Positions 23,476 to 36,300 of a stretch of DNA of 64,000 bases are shown here, piece after piece. Position 1 is the stretch's first letter, and every line of letters begins with the position of its first letter. Under the pieces are notes generated by a model. It searched no databases and was not told where the DNA came from. It worked only from the letters and a program-made list of their open reading frames with translations. This stretch comes from Anaeramoeba ignava BMAN (taxonomy: Eukaryota; Protista; Anaeramoebae), in the NCBI GenBank assembly GCA_028826165.1, contig JAPDFW010000081.1, positions 310,001 through 374,000 of the forward strand, in the 5' to 3' direction. The position numbers were made by a program, and so were the translations under genes.

Positions 23476-23556
23476 AAAAATGAAAAATGAAAAATGAAAA
23501 ATGAAAAATGAAAAATGAAAAATGAAAAATGAAAAATGAAAAATGAAAAATGAAAA
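23476..23556 (-). promoter_or_regulatory. (TTTTTCA)n array immediately upstream of the FYVE-ARM ATG; candidate multiplied TCATTT initiator element
   Basis: About 11 tandem copies 15-95 nt upstream of the ATG. The same motif precedes most start codons in the window. Confidence 0.45.
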
Positions 23557-24205
23557 ATTAAAATCAAAATTAAAATTAAAATAATTAAAATTAAAATTAA
23601 AATTAAAATTAAATTAAAATTAAAATTTAAAATTAAAATTAAAATCAAAATTAAAATTAAAATTAAAATTAAAATGAAAATTAAAATTAAAATTAAAATT
23701 AAAATTAAAATTCATTTTGGATTTAAATTTAGATTTAAAATTAAAATCAAAATTAAAATCAAAATTAAAAATTAAAATTAAAATTAAAATTAAAATTAAA
23801 TTTAAAATTAAAATTAAAATTAAAACTAAAATTCGTTTTGAATTTAAAATTCATTTTGAAAATTAAAATTAAAATTCATTTTGAAATTAAAATTAAAATT
23901 AAAATTAAATTTAAAATTAAAATTAAAATTAAAATTTAAATTTAAATTTAAAATTAAAATTAAAATTAAAATTAAAATTAAAATTAAAATTAAAATTAAA
24001 ATTCATTTTGAAAATTAAAATTAAAATTCATTTTGAAATTAAAATTAAAATTAAAATTAAAATTAAAACTAAAATTAAAATTCATTTTGGATTTAAAATT
24101 AAAATTAAAATTCATTTTGGATTTAAAATTAAAATTAAAATTCATTTTGGATTTAAAATTAAAATTAAAATTAAAATTCATTTTGAAATTAAAATTTTAA
24201 ATTTT
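23557..24205. repeat. (AAAATT)n microsatellite with interspersed ATTCATTTTGG/A units
   Basis: Intergenic tandem repeats with a higher-order ~30-nt unit. Confidence 0.85.
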
Positions 24206-24212
24206 GTTTTAA

Positions 24213-24467
24213 TCATTTAAATTTTTCTAAATCTTCTAAAGTTTTCGTAATAGATTTAAATGCTTCTTCAAAAGCTTTTATTCCTTCTTTTGAACAATTC
24301 AAAATACATTGTTTTTGATTTTCTGTTAAACGTGATCCATAATTTTTTACACACTTTTTAAAACAAATTTTATTAAGACGAGCAATTTCATTTTCAATTT
24401 GTATAAAAATATCCATCATTTCTACTTCTTTTTGTTTCTTTTTTCTACTTCCAAAAAGAAAAGACAT
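24213..24467 (-). CDS. Small Tim chaperone (Tim8/9/10/13 family, twin CX3C)
   Basis: 84 aa; ICFKKCV...LTENQKQCILNCS gives two CX3C motifs separated by 14 residues, with the typical L--E--C pattern. Confidence 0.8.
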   Translation of the reverse strand: MSFLFGSRKKKQKEVEMMDIFIQIENEIARLNKICFKKCVKNYGSRLTENQKQCILNCSKEGIKAFEEAFKSITKTLEDLEKFK

Positions 24468-24634
24468 TATTATAAATTATAAATTATAAATTATAAATTG
24501 AAAAAAAAAATGAAAAAATAATTTTTTTGATTAATTTTTTGAAATTTTGGAAATTTTAATTCTTTGTTGAAAAAGAGAAAAAAAATATCTTTTCTTCTGT
24601 GTTTTTAAAAAAAAATATCTTTTCTTCTGTGTTT

Positions 24635-27600
24635 TTAGAAAAAAAATATCTTTTCTTCTGAAATTGTGTATTTGATTTCAAATTCTCGATAAAATTGAGC
24701 TTTTTCAAAAACTAAAAATTGTTTTCCTTTCAAATCATTTGAATTTGATTTCAAAATTGAATCATATTCATATTCATATTCTCCAATATTTAAAGGAATT
24801 TCATTTTGTTGAGATGATATTGAATTAGGATAAATTTTGCCTAAGAAAACTAGACAAAGATAAACAGTATAAACTTGATTTTCATCAACTTCAGCATATA
24901 AATGAGTATCCAAAAAATTATCAAAGAAAGAATATCCTTTTGTTGGGTTTTTCAATTGAGAAATAAACGGATTAAATGGATCCATTGTTTCGCTAATAGA
25001 TGATAATCGATTTCCATAAAATAAATACACTTCATTCAATCCAAGTTCATTTTCCTTATTTTGATTTTTCATAAATTTCGTGATTTTATTACTCACTAAT
25101 GATGAAATTTCTGGATTCTTATCACTTTGATTTTCAAAACTTTTCGCAAAAAGCATCTTCATTTTGTAATCATTGAATTCCTTCAAATTATTTAATGCCT
25201 TAATATTTTCCAACTTGAAAATCTTGTTTTCAAAATGTAGCAAACTTTGCTCAAGTTCTGTTGATATAAATTTTTTTTTCTCTTCTGAAAGTTGAGATTC
25301 AAACGAAAAGAAGTTAAATTGAGGAATAAATTCAAAAATTTCTGTGAAGGATTTATCTAAATTTTCTTTAATTTTTTCAAAAACTTTCCTTTGTCTTATC
25401 GTCATTATCCAAATCACTATTAGATTCTTCAAATTTTTTAATAAGATTTTCAAAGGATTCTTTAAGTTTTTCTCGATCAAATTCTTCTTCGTCTAAAAGA
25501 GGCTCAATTTCTGTTTCTGATAAATTGCGAATGAGTGAAATTTTATCATTATCAATAAATCTTGGTATCAAATGCTTCATTTCCAAATTTATCAACAATT
25601 TTTTTGATTCAAAAAATTCAAAGAAAGATAACAAAACCCGCAATTGACGGAATAAATTAATTTTGGGTTCTTTTGGTTTTTGCTGATAAAATACGCTATT
25701 AATTTTTTTTCCTCCTTTAGCTTTAAATATTTTTTTAGTGCGAACGATTGAATAATGTCTGAGAATCAAATTTAACCAGAAATTCTTAGAAGGACATGAA
25801 AAAAAATTCAACTTTTCCTTTGTTTGCTTGTTTTGCACTATAGATTTACCAGATTTTTCATAATCTTTCATAGATGAGTATTTGTTTAAAGGATTTGAAG
25901 AAAAAAAAGGTTCAAAAAATTCATCTTCCAAACTGAATTCTAGATTTTTTTCCTTAAATTCATTCAAAAATTCCTTTTTCTTTTCAATATCTTTAATTTT
26001 GGAAGAATTTTGTTGTGAATTATTTTTCTGCAGAATTTTTTCTTGGATATTAAGTTCTTTTTCTAAAAACGGGGCAATTTCATTACGAAGAGAAATGTAA
26101 TTGAAAAATTGTTTATAATCCAAATTTGTTTGGGGTTTCTTCCTTAAGAAATTTAGTTGCATTTTGGTGGAAATTATCCCAAAAAATATTAAATATTTGG
26201 TCTCTATTCTTCTCGACTTGAAACAATTCCTGATTGACAATTTTTGGTTTAATTAGTAAGTTGCTAGGCTTTTCCTTTTGTTTTTCTATAAACTTTTTGA
26301 TTAAATTCTTATCATTGCTATTACTACTATCATCAACATTTTTTTTGTATATGCTATCGAATATTTTCTTTGATTTGATGAAATTTGTTCCTTGATGAGA
26401 ATATTGTGATGCCTTCTTCATCATATCGATCAAAGGATCTTGAATACTAATGAATTCTTGTTTTGGGATTGGAACATCTGATTCAATAAGTTTGGTAAAT
26501 TTTGTCAAAAATTTTTTTGCTTTTGTCATTTGTTCCTGGATTTCATTTTCTTTTTGTTTTTCATCTGTAATTTCAAATAGATTCTTGAGCTTATCGAGAC
26601 CAACTTTCTTTTTACCAACATTTTGTGTGATTTCATCAAACTCTTCTTGCTTTTTTTCATCCCATTTTTGGATTTGGGGTAAATTATGGCAAATTTCAAA
26701 TGTTTTGATAAAAGTATTAAAACTAGGAAGAAAATTAAAATCAGGAGTTCGGAAAATAACTTTTTTGGTTTCTCCAAGATTATTATTTGCGTTATAAATA
26801 TGAGCATCAACAAAATATTCAGTTGAAGGAATCAATCCTAAAAATTTGACTTGGAAAATATATTGTTTATTTGATATCCGATTTTCGTAGTGCAAAATTT
26901 TTTGTGGATTTGGTCTGATTGATAATTTAAGTGAAGGCTTGGGAATTTTAGAGGATGTGAACTCAAGTATGCTTGAGTTGAAAGTAAGTTCCTTAATCTA
27001 TAATTTATATTTAAATAAATTTTCTTGTTGAATTTTTTTTTATTTGAAATTAAATATTTACGCTTGCAATAACAGTAGAAGAAGATTCTCTAAAAGGAAT
27101 GTTTTCTATATTCATTTGACTCTTATTGTCTTTTTTATAAGTTTCGTTTTTCTCAATTTCTTTTTTTTGCTCCTGGGAAACTAGAATATCTTCACTACCA
27201 CTATCGATATCTTGATCTGTATTGTTATTCTCGCTGTTTGTAAAATCTTTATAATCATTTTTATCATTTTTATTTTTTGGATCTTGATTATTTTGATTTC
27301 GTTCTTCATTTATTTTTGATTGTGTTTTTTGATTGTGTTTTGGATTTGATTTTAGATTTTGATTTGATTTATTATCAGTTTCACTTTCGGTATCAGTTTC
27401 ACTTTCGGTATCAGTTTCACTTTCAGTATCAGTTTCACTTTGATTTTGATTTGATTTTAGATTTTGATTTGATTTTAGATCTTTATTTGATTTTAGATTT
27501 TGATTTGATTTTAGATTTTTATTTGATTTTAGATTTTGATTTGATTTTAGATTTTGATTTGATTTTAGATTTTGATTTGATTTTAGATTTTGATTTGATT

Positions 27601-28428
27601 TTAGATTTTGATTTGATTTTAGATTTTGATTTGATTTTAGATTTTGATCTGATTTTAGATTTTTATCTGATTTTAGATTTTTATTTGATTTTAGATTTTT
27701 ATTTGATTTTAGATCTTTATTTGATTTTAGATTTTTATTTGATTTTAGATTTTGATTTGATTTTAGATTTTGATTTGATTTTAGATTTTTATTTGATTTT
27801 AGATCTTTATTTGATTTTAGATTTTTATTTGATTTTTTATCAGATTCAGTATCAGATTCAGTATCAGATTCAGTATCAGATTCAGTATCAGATTCAGATT
27901 CAGATTTGCTCTCTTTATCAAAATTTTAATTTTAATTTTAATTATAATTATAATTATAATTATAATTATTTTAATTTTAATTATGATTTTAATTTTAATT
28001 TTAATTTTAATTTTAATTTTAATTTTAATTATAATTTTAATTATAATTATTTTAATTTTAATTTTAATTTTAATTTTAATTTTAAATCCAAAATGAATTT
28101 TATTTTAATTTTAATTTTAATTTTAATTTTAATTATAATTATAATTATAATTATAATTATTTTAATTTTAAATCCAAAATGAATTTTAATTTAATTTTTA
28201 TTTTAATTTTAATTTTTATTTTAATTTTAATTATTTTAATTTTAATTTTAAATTTTAATTTTAATTTTAATTTTAATTTTAATTTTAATTATTGATTTTA
28301 ATTTTACCTTGTTTTTCATTTGTGTTTTTATTTGATTGTTCGCTTTCAGATTGAGTAGATTCATCATTAGAATTTGATGTTGATGTTGATGTTGATTCAG
28401 ATTCATTTTCACTTGATTGTGAACCCAT
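24635..28428 (-). CDS. Large protein: Ser/acidic N-terminus, (KSNQNL)n repeat, FN3-like segment, helical region, degenerate PARP/ART catalytic-like C-terminal domain. Exons 28428-28308, 27912-27062, 26997-24635; two frameshifts (~26140, ~25390)
   Basis: Introns 28307-27913 and 27061-26998 are GT-AG and in phase. FN3-like motif FLGLIPSTEYFVDAHIYN...FRTP. PARP-like NEVYLFYG...KGYSFF...YTVYLCLVFLGK...YDSI...QFLVFEKAQFYREFEIKY. Confidence 0.65.
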
Positions 28429-29039
28429 TTTTTTTTTTAATTTAAAATTGTTTTGTGTTGTGTTTTGTGTTGTGTTTTGTGTTTTTGTTTTGTTTTTTTT
28501 GTTTGTAAAGAAAAAAAATTGAAAAAGAAAAAAAAAATGAAAAAAAAATTAAAAAAAAAATAAATAAAAAAAGGAAAAAAAAATATTTTAAAAAGAAAAT
28601 CCACTTTCATTTTTTACAAAGTTTAAATTAATTTTTATTAATTTAAAATCAAAAAAAATTATCTAAAAAAAAATTTAGAAAAAGAAAATTGATAAAATTA
28701 ATTAATTAAAAAATAATTTTTATTAAAAATTGATGCAAAAAAAAAATTAAAAAAAAAAAAAGGAAAAAAAATTTAATAAAAACGAAAAAAAAAAGTAATT
28801 AAAACAAGCAGAAATAGAAACAGGATTTATTTAAATTTTAATAATAATAATAATAATTTTATTTGTTGTTTGTTTGCTTTTCTTTTTAAAAATATCGAAA
28901 TAAAAGGAAAATAAAAAATGAAATACAAAATTTCATAAAATTTCCCAATTAAAAAGATATTGAACGAAAATAAAAACAAAATCTTTCTTTTTTCTTTTAA
29001 AATAGAAAGAATCTAAAACAAAATTCAATAAAAAAAAAA

Positions 29040-29850
29040 AGAAGAAAGGAATAGAAAGAAAAAAAGAAGTTGATCTTCTTTTTGATTATTTTTTTCATCT
29101 TTTAAAAAAAAGATTAAAAATAAAGATTGAGATTAAGATTGAGATTAAAAATTGGGATTGAGATTAAGATAAAAATTGAGATGAGAAATTTAAAAGGATT
29201 GAGCAGAAATGGAAACAAAATTCCATTTTTCTTACAAAAAGAAAGGAATAGAAAGAAAAAAAGAAGTTGATCTTCTTTTTGATTATTTTTATCTTTTAAG
29301 AAAAAGATTAAAAATTGGGATTGAGATTAAGATTGAAATTGAGATAAAAATTGAGATTGAGATTAAGATAAAAATTGAGATGAGAAATTTAAAAGGAATG
29401 AGCAGAAATGGAAACAAAATTCTATTTTTCTTACAAAAAGAAAGGAATAGAAAGAAAAAAAGAAGTTGATCTTTTTTTTGATTATTTTTATCTTTTAAAA
29501 AAAAGATTAAAAATTGAGATTGAGATTAAAAATAAAGATTGAGATTGAGATTGAGATTGAGATTGAGATTAAGATAAAAATTGAGATGAGAAATTTAAAA
29601 GGAATGAGCAGAAATGGAAACAAAATTCTATTTTTCTTACAAAAAGAAAGGAATAGAAAGAAAAAAAGAAGTTGATCTTCTTTTTGATTATTTTTTTTTA
29701 TCTTTTAAAAAAAAGATTAAAAATTGAGATTGAGATTGAGATTGAGATTGAGATTGAGATTAAAATTGAGATTAATAATTTAAAAGGATTGAGCAGAAAT
29801 GGAAACAAGATTCTATTTTTTTACAAAAAGAAAAAGAAAAAGAAAAAGAA
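29040..29850. repeat. Minisatellite A: 4 copies of a ~200-bp unit containing a variable (GAGATT)n tract and GAGCAGAAATGGAAAC
   Basis: Unit starts GAAAGGAATAGAAAGAAAAAAAGAAGTTGATC near 29044, 29240, 29439 and 29645. Confidence 0.9.
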
Positions 29851-29854
29851 AAAG

Positions 29855-30962
29855 CTTCCAAAGGAAAATTAATAGGATTGAGTAGAAACGAATTAAATTA
29901 AAATAGATTAAATAATTAACATTAACTTCCAAAAGAAAATTAATAGGATTGAGTAGAAATGAATTAAATAAAATTAAATAATTAAAATTAACTTCTAAAG
30001 GAAAATTAATAGGATTGAGTAGAAATGAATAGAAATGATTAAATAATTAACATTAACTTCCAAAAGAAAATTAATAGGATTGAGTAGAAATGAATTAAAA
30101 TAGATTAAATAATTAACATTAACTTCCAAAGGAAAATTAATAGGATTTAGTAGAAATGAATTAAAATAAATTAAATAATTAACATTAACTTCCAAAAGAA
30201 AATTAATAGGATTGAGTAGAAATGAATTAAAATAAATTAAATAATTAAAATTAACTTCCAAAGGAAAATTGATAGGATTGAGTAGAAATGAATTAAAATA
30301 AATTAAAATAAATAAAATTAACTTCCAAAAGAAAATTAATAGGATTGAGTAGAAATGAATTAAAATAAATTAAATAATTAACATTAACTTCTAAAGGAAA
30401 ATTAATAGGATTGAGTAGAAATGAATTAAAATAAATTAAATAATTAACATTAACTTCCAAAGGAAAATTGATAGGATTGAGTAGAAATGAATAGAAATGA
30501 TTAAATAATTAACATTAACTTCCAAAAGAAAATTAATAGGATTGAGTAGAAATGAATTAAAATAAATTAAATAATTAACATTAACTTCTAAAGGAAAATT
30601 GATAGGATTGAGTAGAAATGAATTAAAATAAATTAAATAATTAAAATTAACTTCCAAAAGAAAATTAATAGGATTGAGTAGAAATGAATAGAAATAATTA
30701 AATAATTAACATTAACTTCCAAAGGAAAATTAATAGGATTGAGTAGAAATGAATTAAAATAAATTAAATAAATAAAATTAACTTCTAAAGGAAAATTAAT
30801 AGGATTGAGTAGAAATGAATAGAAATGATTAAATAATTAACATTAACTTCCAAAAGAAAATTAATAGGATTGAGTAGAAATGAATTAAAATAGATTAAAT
30901 AATTAACATTAACTTCCAAAGGAAAATTGATAGGATTTAGTAGAAATGAATAGAAATGAATA
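29855..30962. repeat. Satellite B: 17 copies of a 65-66-bp unit (TTCCAAAGGAAAATTAATAGGATTGAGTAGAAATGAATTAAAATAAATTAAATAATTAACATTAAC)
   Basis: AGGATT anchors at 29874, 29945, 30011, 30076, 30142, 30208 ... 30932. Confidence 0.93.
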
Positions 30963-31194
30963 GATTTTCCTTTTTTCTGGAAATGATTAATTTACGAAAA
31001 AATCGAAAATAGAAATAGAAAACCGAAATAGATATCGAAAATCGAAATAGAAAACCGAAATAGATATCGAAAATCGAAATCGAAATCACAATCGAAAAAA
31101 GGTTTCTCTTGTTATTTTGATATTTTTTTTTGAGTTTTAAATTTAATCAAAAATAACAAAAATGGAAGATTTTTCTTTTTCTTTTTCTTTTTCT

Positions 31195-31712
31195 TTTTGT
31201 AAATAAAAAGAAATTTAAATTGAGATTGAATTAATCAGAAATTGATAAAAATATTGAATAGAGCAGAAATGGAAACAGGTTATTCTTTCTTCCTTCCTTC
31301 CTTTTTGTAAATAAAAAGGAATTTAAATTGAAATTAGAAAAATAAATGGAATGAGCAGAAATGGAAACAGGTTATTCTTTCTTCCTTCCTTTCTTAAATA
31401 AAAAGAAATTTAAATTGAAAAAAGAAAAATAAAAGGAATTAGCAGAAATGGAAACAGGTTATTCTTTCTTCCTTTTTGTAAATAAAAAGAAATTTAAATT
31501 GAGATTGAATTAATCAGAAATTGAGAAAAAGATTAAATGGAGCAGAAATGGAAATTGGTTATTCTTTCTTCCTTCCTTTCTTCCTTTAAATAAAAAGGAA
31601 TTTAAATTGAGATTGAGTAAATCAAAAAGAAATAAAAAGATTAAATGGAGCAGAAATGGAAATTGGTTATTCTTTCTTCCTTCCTTTCTTAAATAAAAAA
31701 AGGAATTTAAAC
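31195..31712. repeat. Minisatellite C: 5 copies of a ~90-110-bp unit containing AGCAGAAATGGAAA(C/T)(A/T)GGTTATTCTTTCTTCC
   Basis: Core near 31261, 31353, 31441, 31540 and 31648. Confidence 0.88.
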
Positions 31713-31839
31713 CTAATTCAGAAAATTAAACTGAATTTGAAAATATAGGAACACGTATTGATTTTTGTTTTTAATTTAAAAAATAGAACGATAAATGAAG
31801 GGAATGAACGAAAAAACAAACATTATTTTTGGATCCGAA

Positions 31840-33212
31840 ATATATTTATATTTAATTTGTATTTATATTTTTTATATTTATATTTATATTTATATTGTTT
31901 ATATTTATATTTATATTTATATTTATATTTATATTTATATTTCTGTTTTTATTTATATTTCTACTTGTATTTCTGCTGTTTGTATGTTTATATTTATATT
32001 TCTATTTGTATTTCTGTTTGTGTGTTTATATTTCTGTTTATATTTATGTTTATATTTATATTTCTGTTTGTGTGTTTATATTTATATTTCTGTTTGTATT
32101 TATGTTTGTATTTCTGTTTATATTTCTGTTTGTATTTTTGTTTCTGTTTGTATTTATGTTTGTATTTATTTTTGTTTTTATATTTATATTTCTGTTTGTA
32201 TTTTTGTTTCTATTTATATTTATATTTATATTTATGTTTATATTTATATTTATATTTATATTTATATTTATATTTATATTTATGTTTATGTTTATATTTA
32301 TATTTATATTTCTGTTTATATTTCTGTTTATATTTATATTTATGTTTATATTTATATTTATATGTGTGTTTATATTTCTATTTATTTTTTTGTTTCTATT
32401 TTATATTTATATTTTATTTATATTTTGTGTTTCATTTTATATTTATATTTATATTTATATTTTTATTTTATGTTTTATTTTTATATTTTATTTATATTTA
32501 TATTTTTATATTTATATTTATATTTATATTTATGTTTATATTTATATTTATATTTATATTTCTGTTTATATTTTATTTCTGTTTTTATATTTCTGTTTAT
32601 ATTTATATTTTATATTTTTATTTTTATTTTTATTTATATTTTGTTTTATATTTATATTTATATTTTATATATTTATATTTATGTTTTCTGTTTGTATTTT
32701 TGTTTCTGTTTATATTTATATTTTGTGTTTCTATTTTATATTTGTGTTTTTATTTATTTGTATTTTATATTTATATTTTTTTGTATTTTATATTTGTATT
32801 TTATATTTCTGTTTTATATTTATATTTTATATTTATATTTTTTGTTTGTTTATATTTTATATTTCTGTTTGTATTTTTGTTTCTGTTTGTATTTATATTT
32901 CTGTTTGTATTTATGTTTGTGTTTATATTTATATTTCTGTTTGTATTTTTGTTTCTGTTTATGTTTATATTTATATTTCTGTTTATATTTATATTTCTGT
33001 TTGTGTGTTTATATTTATATTTATATTTATATTTATATTTCTGTTTATATTTGTATTTATATTTGTATTTATATTTTATATTTCTATTTGTATTTTTGTT
33101 TCTGTTTATATTTCTGTTTGTGTTTATATTTCTGTTTCTATTTTTGTTTATATTTGTATTTAATTTATATTTCTACTTGTATTTCTGTTGTTTGTGTGTT
33201 TGTATTTCTGAT
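31840..33212. repeat. Compound microsatellite (TATATT / TGTTTA / TTTCTG)n
   Basis: Mixed hexamer array. All three plus frames are open only because the T-rich sequence lacks stop codons. Confidence 0.9.
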
Positions 33213-33308
33213 TTTATAAAAAAAAAATTAAAAATGAAAAAGAAAAAATGAAAAAAATTTTTTTCTTTTATTTTATTGTTTTATTAAAAAAAAAATTTTT
33301 TAATCTAA

Positions 33309-36300
33309 TTATTTTTTATTATAATTATAAAATCCATTTTGCGAATTATTTTTGGGTCTTCGAAATTGCCTTGAATTTTTTCCACGTTTTTTTTTTGAAT
33401 TTTTTCGAGATTGAGTTTCATTCAAACGATCAGAAGGCCAAACACCTTTTAAAGCGAGAGCAGTTTGTTCAGAAATTGAATTTGAATTATTTGAATTATT
33501 TTGAGAATTATTTTGGAAATTATTTTGGAAATTATTTGAATTATTTTGGAAATTATTTGAATTATTTGAGTTATTTGAATTATTTGAATTATTTGAATTA
33601 TTTTGAGAATTATTTTGAAAATTCGAAGATATTTCAGTCGATCTTTTTGTTGGTGAAGATCTTTTCCACGAACTTTCCTTTTTAATTATTTCTGTGTTAT
33701 CCAAAATTCGAGGTTTGTTGTTATATTTTGCAGAATGAGGTAAATATGTTTTGTGAACAATATTTGGAACAGAAATTTTGATACAATAAATTTTTTCGAG
33801 AATATTTTCAATTTCAGAAGCACGTTTTGATTTTTCTAAGATTTCATAAGGAAAAGAGTTTGGAGAAAGATGTTTGATTTGGGATCTGAAAATTTTTGTT
33901 CTTGAGAATAGAATCTCTTTATGAGCAAAAAAACTAGAGTTTGCATTTTTGATTGTGACATCTTTGTATTTTTTGTCTTGGAAAAGTTGCTGAATATCAT
34001 AAATAATGCCACCAAGACCCTTTTTTTTGAGGATGTGTTTGAGATCAAGATCCTTTAAAAAGAAACTGAAAGAATTGCCAAGATCAACAGTGATGATTCC
34101 TGCATAAATCCACCATATAAATTTAAACAGAATTTTTCGTGGGAATTTTGACGCAAGTTTGATGAAGTCATCCAAGTCGAGGGAGTTGAGCTGGGAAAGT
34201 CTCTGCGCAATCCAAATTCGATGAAGAGATATTCGGTGGTTATCTGAAGAAACAATTTCAAGATCGGCGAATTTTGAGCTTTCAAAAAGATGAAGCATAT
34301 CGGAAACAACACCGACACCATAACGCTTGTGATTTGAGCTTTGGAAATAATTTTGCCAGTTTTCCTCTTTGTAAGTCTGGCGGATTTCTTCAACGGAAAA
34401 ATGGGAGTAATCTGTGTGAGAAACAAGAAGCTTAATAATCTCTGGGTTTTGGTTCATTCTCAAGGCAATATGGATGGGTTTTAGATCGTAAAGATTGAGT
34501 GAATTTGCCGGGGTTTCTGCTTGAAGAAGAAGATCAATTATAGCGGTTGTGATGTTTGGATTAACACAGGCAATATGAATGGAGTTTTCGTGAATGATAT
34601 TTTTGCAAGTAGTGTCTGCGCCGGATTCAATGAGAATTTTGACAATATCGTAATTGGGTTTTTGTGTTGATAAGGCTTCCATTAAAGCCGTTGTTTTTGT
34701 CCAATTTGCTGTGTTGATTGTTTCCGTTGCTCCGTAGCGAAGAAGCAAGTTGATCGTCTTTATTCCGAGTCCTTTTTTACATGCAATATGAAGTGGAGTG
34801 TTGTTTTTCCAGTTTCCTGTTTGCGGTCTTGCTCCGTTTTGAAGTAGAAATTCTATCACTTTTTCTGATACATTTTTTTTCAATCCAAAACTAACAACTG
34901 AATTGCCTTTAAAATCTTCCGCATTAACGTCTGCGCCGCATTTTTTAATCAGGAAATCAAATACCTCTAGCTTGTCAATTTTGCTTTCCAAAAGAATCAT
35001 AAGTGCCGTTTTTCCTTCTTCAAAAATCAAGTTGAAATTTCCGTTTTTTTGAAGAAAAAAATCCATTGCTTGAATGTTTTGGGATAATAACAAAGATTGC
35101 AAAAAAATCCTTTCATTGGGGTTTTTTTCTTGGGATTTGATTTCGTATGCATTTTGCATAAACTTGCAAACAATATCATTATTGAAATGGTTTGTTTTCA
35201 AGAGAATCGAAAGCGGTGTTTCTTGTTGATAATTTTTTTGGTTGACAGCATGAGGAAAAGAATCAAAGAGAAAACGAACAACATCGAAATCGCGGCAATA
35301 TTCGCATGCGTAATGAAGAGCAGTATTTCCTTTTGCGTCTATTGAGTCAATTGCTGCGCCTGCATCGATCAAAAGCTTGAGCCAATCTACAGAGGATTTG
35401 GTATTTTGGCAAAGTTTATGGAGAGGAGTTTGCTTATCCTTGCTCTGTGCATTAACATTTGCCTTTGATTCAACAAGAACCGCAATGATCTCCTTTTTTG
35501 GAGATGATATACATGCGTCATGAAGGGGTGTTTCTTCGAACTGATTACGGGAATCAACATGATTTCCCATTTGAATTAATTTTTTCATGATCTGGATTGT
35601 TTCTTGCAAAAGATTATGCTGGATAAAATACTCTCCAAAACAACCAATGCAAAGATTGTGGAGAGGAGATGATTTTCCGGATTGAATTCCCAGTTTCGTG
35701 GTTGGATTTTTGCTAGTGATCATTTTAAATTCCTGAAGCGATATTCCATGTTTGCATAATATAGATAAACAATTTATTCCCAAATTTTTTTGCAGATCAA
35801 AATCTGCAGCCTGATTTGATTAGCTTCTCCAAAACCACGAAACGCTCCTTCCACCAAGTGTTGCAAACATGCAATATTGCTTTTGAGTTGCCAATCAAAT
35901 TATAGTTGATTTTTTCATTTGGTTTTTCAAGTAGTATTTCAATAATCCTGACTTCGCACTTCAATTTACAAGCATAAAAAAGTGCGGTATTTGATTGTTC
36001 ATCGACATAATTCACATCAGCTCCATAACTAACAAGCAATTCAACATGCTCCACAAGATTATTTTGAATTGCAATTATTAGCGGCGTTTTTTCATTTTCA
36101 TCCAATTTATTTGGATTTGCTTTTTGATCTAGCAAAAATTTCAAGATTAACGGGTCCGAATTTTCGGAACATAATAAATGCAGAAAATTATCCGAATTGA
36201 TATCAAATCCATTGCGAATAAATTCTTTTGTAATTTCAATCCGGCAATTTGTTAGTTCTTCTTTTGTTTTTTTGCCAGTTGAGTTTGAATATAAAAAATT

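Noticed and set aside
27277-28182. 301-aa plus-strand ORF (DFDLIL)n
   Set aside because: Antisense to the (KSNQNL)n exon and intron of the minus-strand PARP-like gene.
29040-31712. CRISPR array (repeats ending in AATGGAAAC resemble some CRISPR repeat ends)
   Set aside because: The intervening sequences are themselves repeated rather than unique spacers, there are no cas genes, and the context is eukaryotic.
31758-33251. Three overlapping long plus-strand ORFs (422-497 aa)
   Set aside because: Translations of a T-rich microsatellite ([12 protein letters not shown]) that lacks stops by composition.
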